Part shown: positions 23,981-25,755 of the stretch, piece by piece
Layout of the letters: each line of letters begins with the position of its first letter
Numbering within the stretch: the stretch's first letter is position 1
Source of the DNA: Treponema sp.
GTDB taxonomy: Bacteria > Spirochaetota > Spirochaetia > Treponematales > Breznakiellaceae
Reading direction: 5' to 3'
Assembly (NCBI GenBank): GCA_031259345.1
Contig: JAIRLQ010000224.1
Span: 1-25,755 of the forward strand
Length of the DNA: 25,755 bases
Program-made: the position numbers and the translations under genes
Notes under the pieces: generated by a model
Told to the model about the DNA's origin: nothing
Databases searched by the model: none
What the model saw: only the letters and a program-made list of their open reading frames with translations

Positions 23981-25540
23981 TCAACATTCAACGGTGGTAA
24001 TACCGCCGTCAACCGACCATTTAAGCCGCGCATCCCATGCCGGCTTTTCCATCCGCCTGTCAAAAATCACCAGGTATGACGGAACGCCGCCTCCCATACT
24101 CTCACGGTAACGGGCTGTCTGCTTCAAGCCTTCCGCCTTTACCTCTCCGGGGGTTTCGTAAGAATGAACAAGTTTTATCTCTATAATATACTGATATCCC
24201 TTGTATTCGATAAACAAATCCATGCGTCCCCGCCCTGCAGCGTACTCTCTATTGATGTACCCGCCTCCATTAAGCACCCGCTGTAAAAAGGCCATCAGCA
24301 AGAGATGGGGGAACGCCTCGGTATAGTCCGATTTCGCTTCCCATAGTTCCGAATTCCGCCGCCAGAAAACCTGAAATTCCTTAAGAAGCGTATCCATGTC
24401 CAGTGAACCGTCAGGTTTTTCCCACTGCCACTCGGGCCTGGGTATAGCGTCCTGAGTACTATATGACATTTGCCGGACAATTACTTCACGGTACATCGGG
24501 TTTGCGATAACAGGAGTCCCGTTTTCTTTTGCCGTTAAGCCAAGATCAAGGCAAAGCTGCCATGCGTTGCTTTCCGTTAAGGCAGGATCGCTTGCGCCGC
24601 TTATCAGCGTTTCCATAACATGATGGATACCCTTGTCCTTAAGACGGTAAGCCAGCGATTCAAGATGCGTTTCCCGTGCAAGAACTATCTGTTCCCGGGC
24701 TTCCCTGACGTGTTCAAGTTTTACTGTGTCGTAACAGTCTTCCTTGAGAACCCGGATAGTTGCACGCTTGAACAGCGAATTCACTATCCACGGCTGCCCC
24801 TTCGACTGTTCCCACACATACTCAAGCGCGTCCGCCTCTATACGCTGGCCCGTCTCCTCTGTCCTCTGGGCAAAGAGATGTTCAGTATCGGTCTTTGTAA
24901 AATTTGATATTACCGCTGAATCTTCCTTGATATTAAAGGGCGACCCGGGATTAACCGGCACTCCGCCTTTCGCCGCCGTGATATAATCCTTCAGGTCGCG
25001 CAGGCCGACCAGCGCTATCGACACAGGAAAAACCCCCACCCCCCTGGTGGCAAAACCGCCCCTTAGCTGCCGCAAAAAACTAACCAGCGCATTGCCTTCA
25101 AGAACGTCGGTCTCGTCAAAAAGAATGACAAGCGGCTTAGGGGCGGCAAGTTTGGCCCAGTCCGTCAGTACGGCGCTTAACATGCTGTAGGGCTCCGCGG
25201 TCTCTACCTCCGGCACCGGCAGATCCGATTTCCCGGCTGATTCCCGTATGGCCTCACAGATCGCAGGCATCGCCCGTTCCGGTTCCGTTATCCCCTGGCA
25301 CCTTTCAAGGCTCACATAACAGGCGGCAGCATCGTTCCCTGCGCTTATCTTACGCTGCCAACTGAGGAGAAACGTTGTCTTCCCGGTCTGCCGCGGGGCG
25401 TGCAGGCACCAGTAAAGCTTGTCGCGGATATACCGGTCAAGCTGCGCCCCTACAAGCCTGTCTTCAGGCGGCAGCATGTAGTGATCCTCGGGAAAACAGG
25501 GACCGGTGGTGTTAAAAAACCGCACTGCTCTTTTCCTCAT
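23981..25540 (-). CDS. P-loop NTPase (STAND/AAA-like) fused to a C-terminal PD-(D/E)XK nuclease
   Basis: 519 aa. Walker A APRQTGKTT, Walker B LVILFDETD, GxP motif SKGQPW, then REY...GRMDL...IIEIK...QTARY. Start overlaps the upstream stop (ATGA). Confidence 0.85.
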   Translation of the reverse strand: MRKRAVRFFNTTGPCFPEDHYMLPPEDRLVGAQLDRYIRDKLYWCLHAPRQTGKTTFLLSWQRKISAGNDAAACYVSLERCQGITEPERAMPAICEAIRESAGKSDLPVPEVETAEPYSMLSAVLTDWAKLAAPKPLVILFDETDVLEGNALVSFLRQLRGGFATRGVGVFPVSIALVGLRDLKDYITAAKGGVPVNPGSPFNIKEDSAVISNFTKTDTEHLFAQRTEETGQRIEADALEYVWEQSKGQPWIVNSLFKRATIRVLKEDCYDTVKLEHVREAREQIVLARETHLESLAYRLKDKGIHHVMETLISGASDPALTESNAWQLCLDLGLTAKENGTPVIANPMYREVIVRQMSYSTQDAIPRPEWQWEKPDGSLDMDTLLKEFQVFWRRNSELWEAKSDYTEAFPHLLLMAFLQRVLNGGGYINREYAAGRGRMDLFIEYKGYQYIIEIKLVHSYETPGEVKAEGLKQTARYRESMGGGVPSYLVIFDRRMEKPAWDARLKWSVDGGITTVEC

Positions 25541-25755
25541 AAGTTACTTTCCGTGTGTTTCTCTTTTGTCCGCAATTTTGCCATAGCCTCCGGGTCTTTT
25601 TTTATGTTTTCGACAGCGTTTAAAAGGAACGCCAAAAACACCGAGAAAAAGAAAGCCGCGAAGGTTACGATAATGCAAAGCATACCACGACTGGGCTTTG
25701 ATTTTTTATCCGGCACTTCGGCCATTTCCAGAATCTGAAATATCGGAGTCTCGCT
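25537..25755 (-). CDS. Polysaccharide co-polymerase/chain-length determinant (Wzz/GumC-like), C-terminal fragment
   Basis: The frame is open to the window edge: SETPIFQILEMAEVPDKKSKPSRGMLCIIVTFAAFFFSVFLAFLLNAVENIK. This is the Pro-rich segment followed by a TM helix typical of PCP proteins, and it lies near an OPX gene. Confidence 0.75.
   Translation of the reverse strand, partial: SETPIFQILEMAEVPDKKSKPSRGMLCIIVTFAAFFFSVFLAFLLNAVENIKKDPEAMAKLRTKEKHTESNL

Noticed and set aside
23967-23987. OPX start at 23987 as given in the ORF track
   Set aside because: ATG 23966 has an AAGGA SD 7 nt upstream and begins a proper signal peptide.
23967-25560. Terminal repeats or target-site duplication around the NTPase-nuclease gene
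   Set aside because: Both flanks were compared by eye and no direct or inverted repeats were found. There is no transposase or integrase, so it was not called a mobile element.
1-25755. Chi-like skewed motifs for the AddAB enzyme
   Set aside because: GCCGCC/GGCGGC-type words look frequent but are explained by Ala/Gly codons. A genome-wide, strand-aware word count would be needed and could not be run.

Overview
Gene-dense bacterial chromosome segment, most likely from a spirochaete (Treponema-like). This is inferred from the archaeal-type PheRS pair and the overall gene set, not from a database search. Left to right: the 5' end of rnfC (minus strand, absent from the ORF track), divergent from an addB/addA-like helicase-nuclease pair. 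Then a run of 12 co-oriented minus-strand genes, listed in transcription order: ABC substrate-binding protein, permease, ATPase, tatD, dusB, rhomboid, a secreted hypothetical protein, pheS, pheT, an MBL-fold lipoprotein, a ferritin-like/VIT1 transporter and a MATE pump. Next are an orphan NarL/LuxR-type regulator with a degenerate receiver domain and a xylulokinase. The window ends in the distal part of a surface-polysaccharide export operon (wzz-like, then OPX/wza-like), with a STAND-like NTPase/PD-(D/E)XK nuclease gene sitting between the two with operon-like spacing. No rRNA, tRNA, CRISPR array or transposase was seen. Best leads: the NTPase-nuclease in the polysaccharide operon, a 4 x 18-nt palindromic array inside the ABC operon, the pseudo-receiver regulator, a possibly switchable rnfC leader, and an apparently leaderless pheS. 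None is proven novel; all assignments come from reading motifs by eye.
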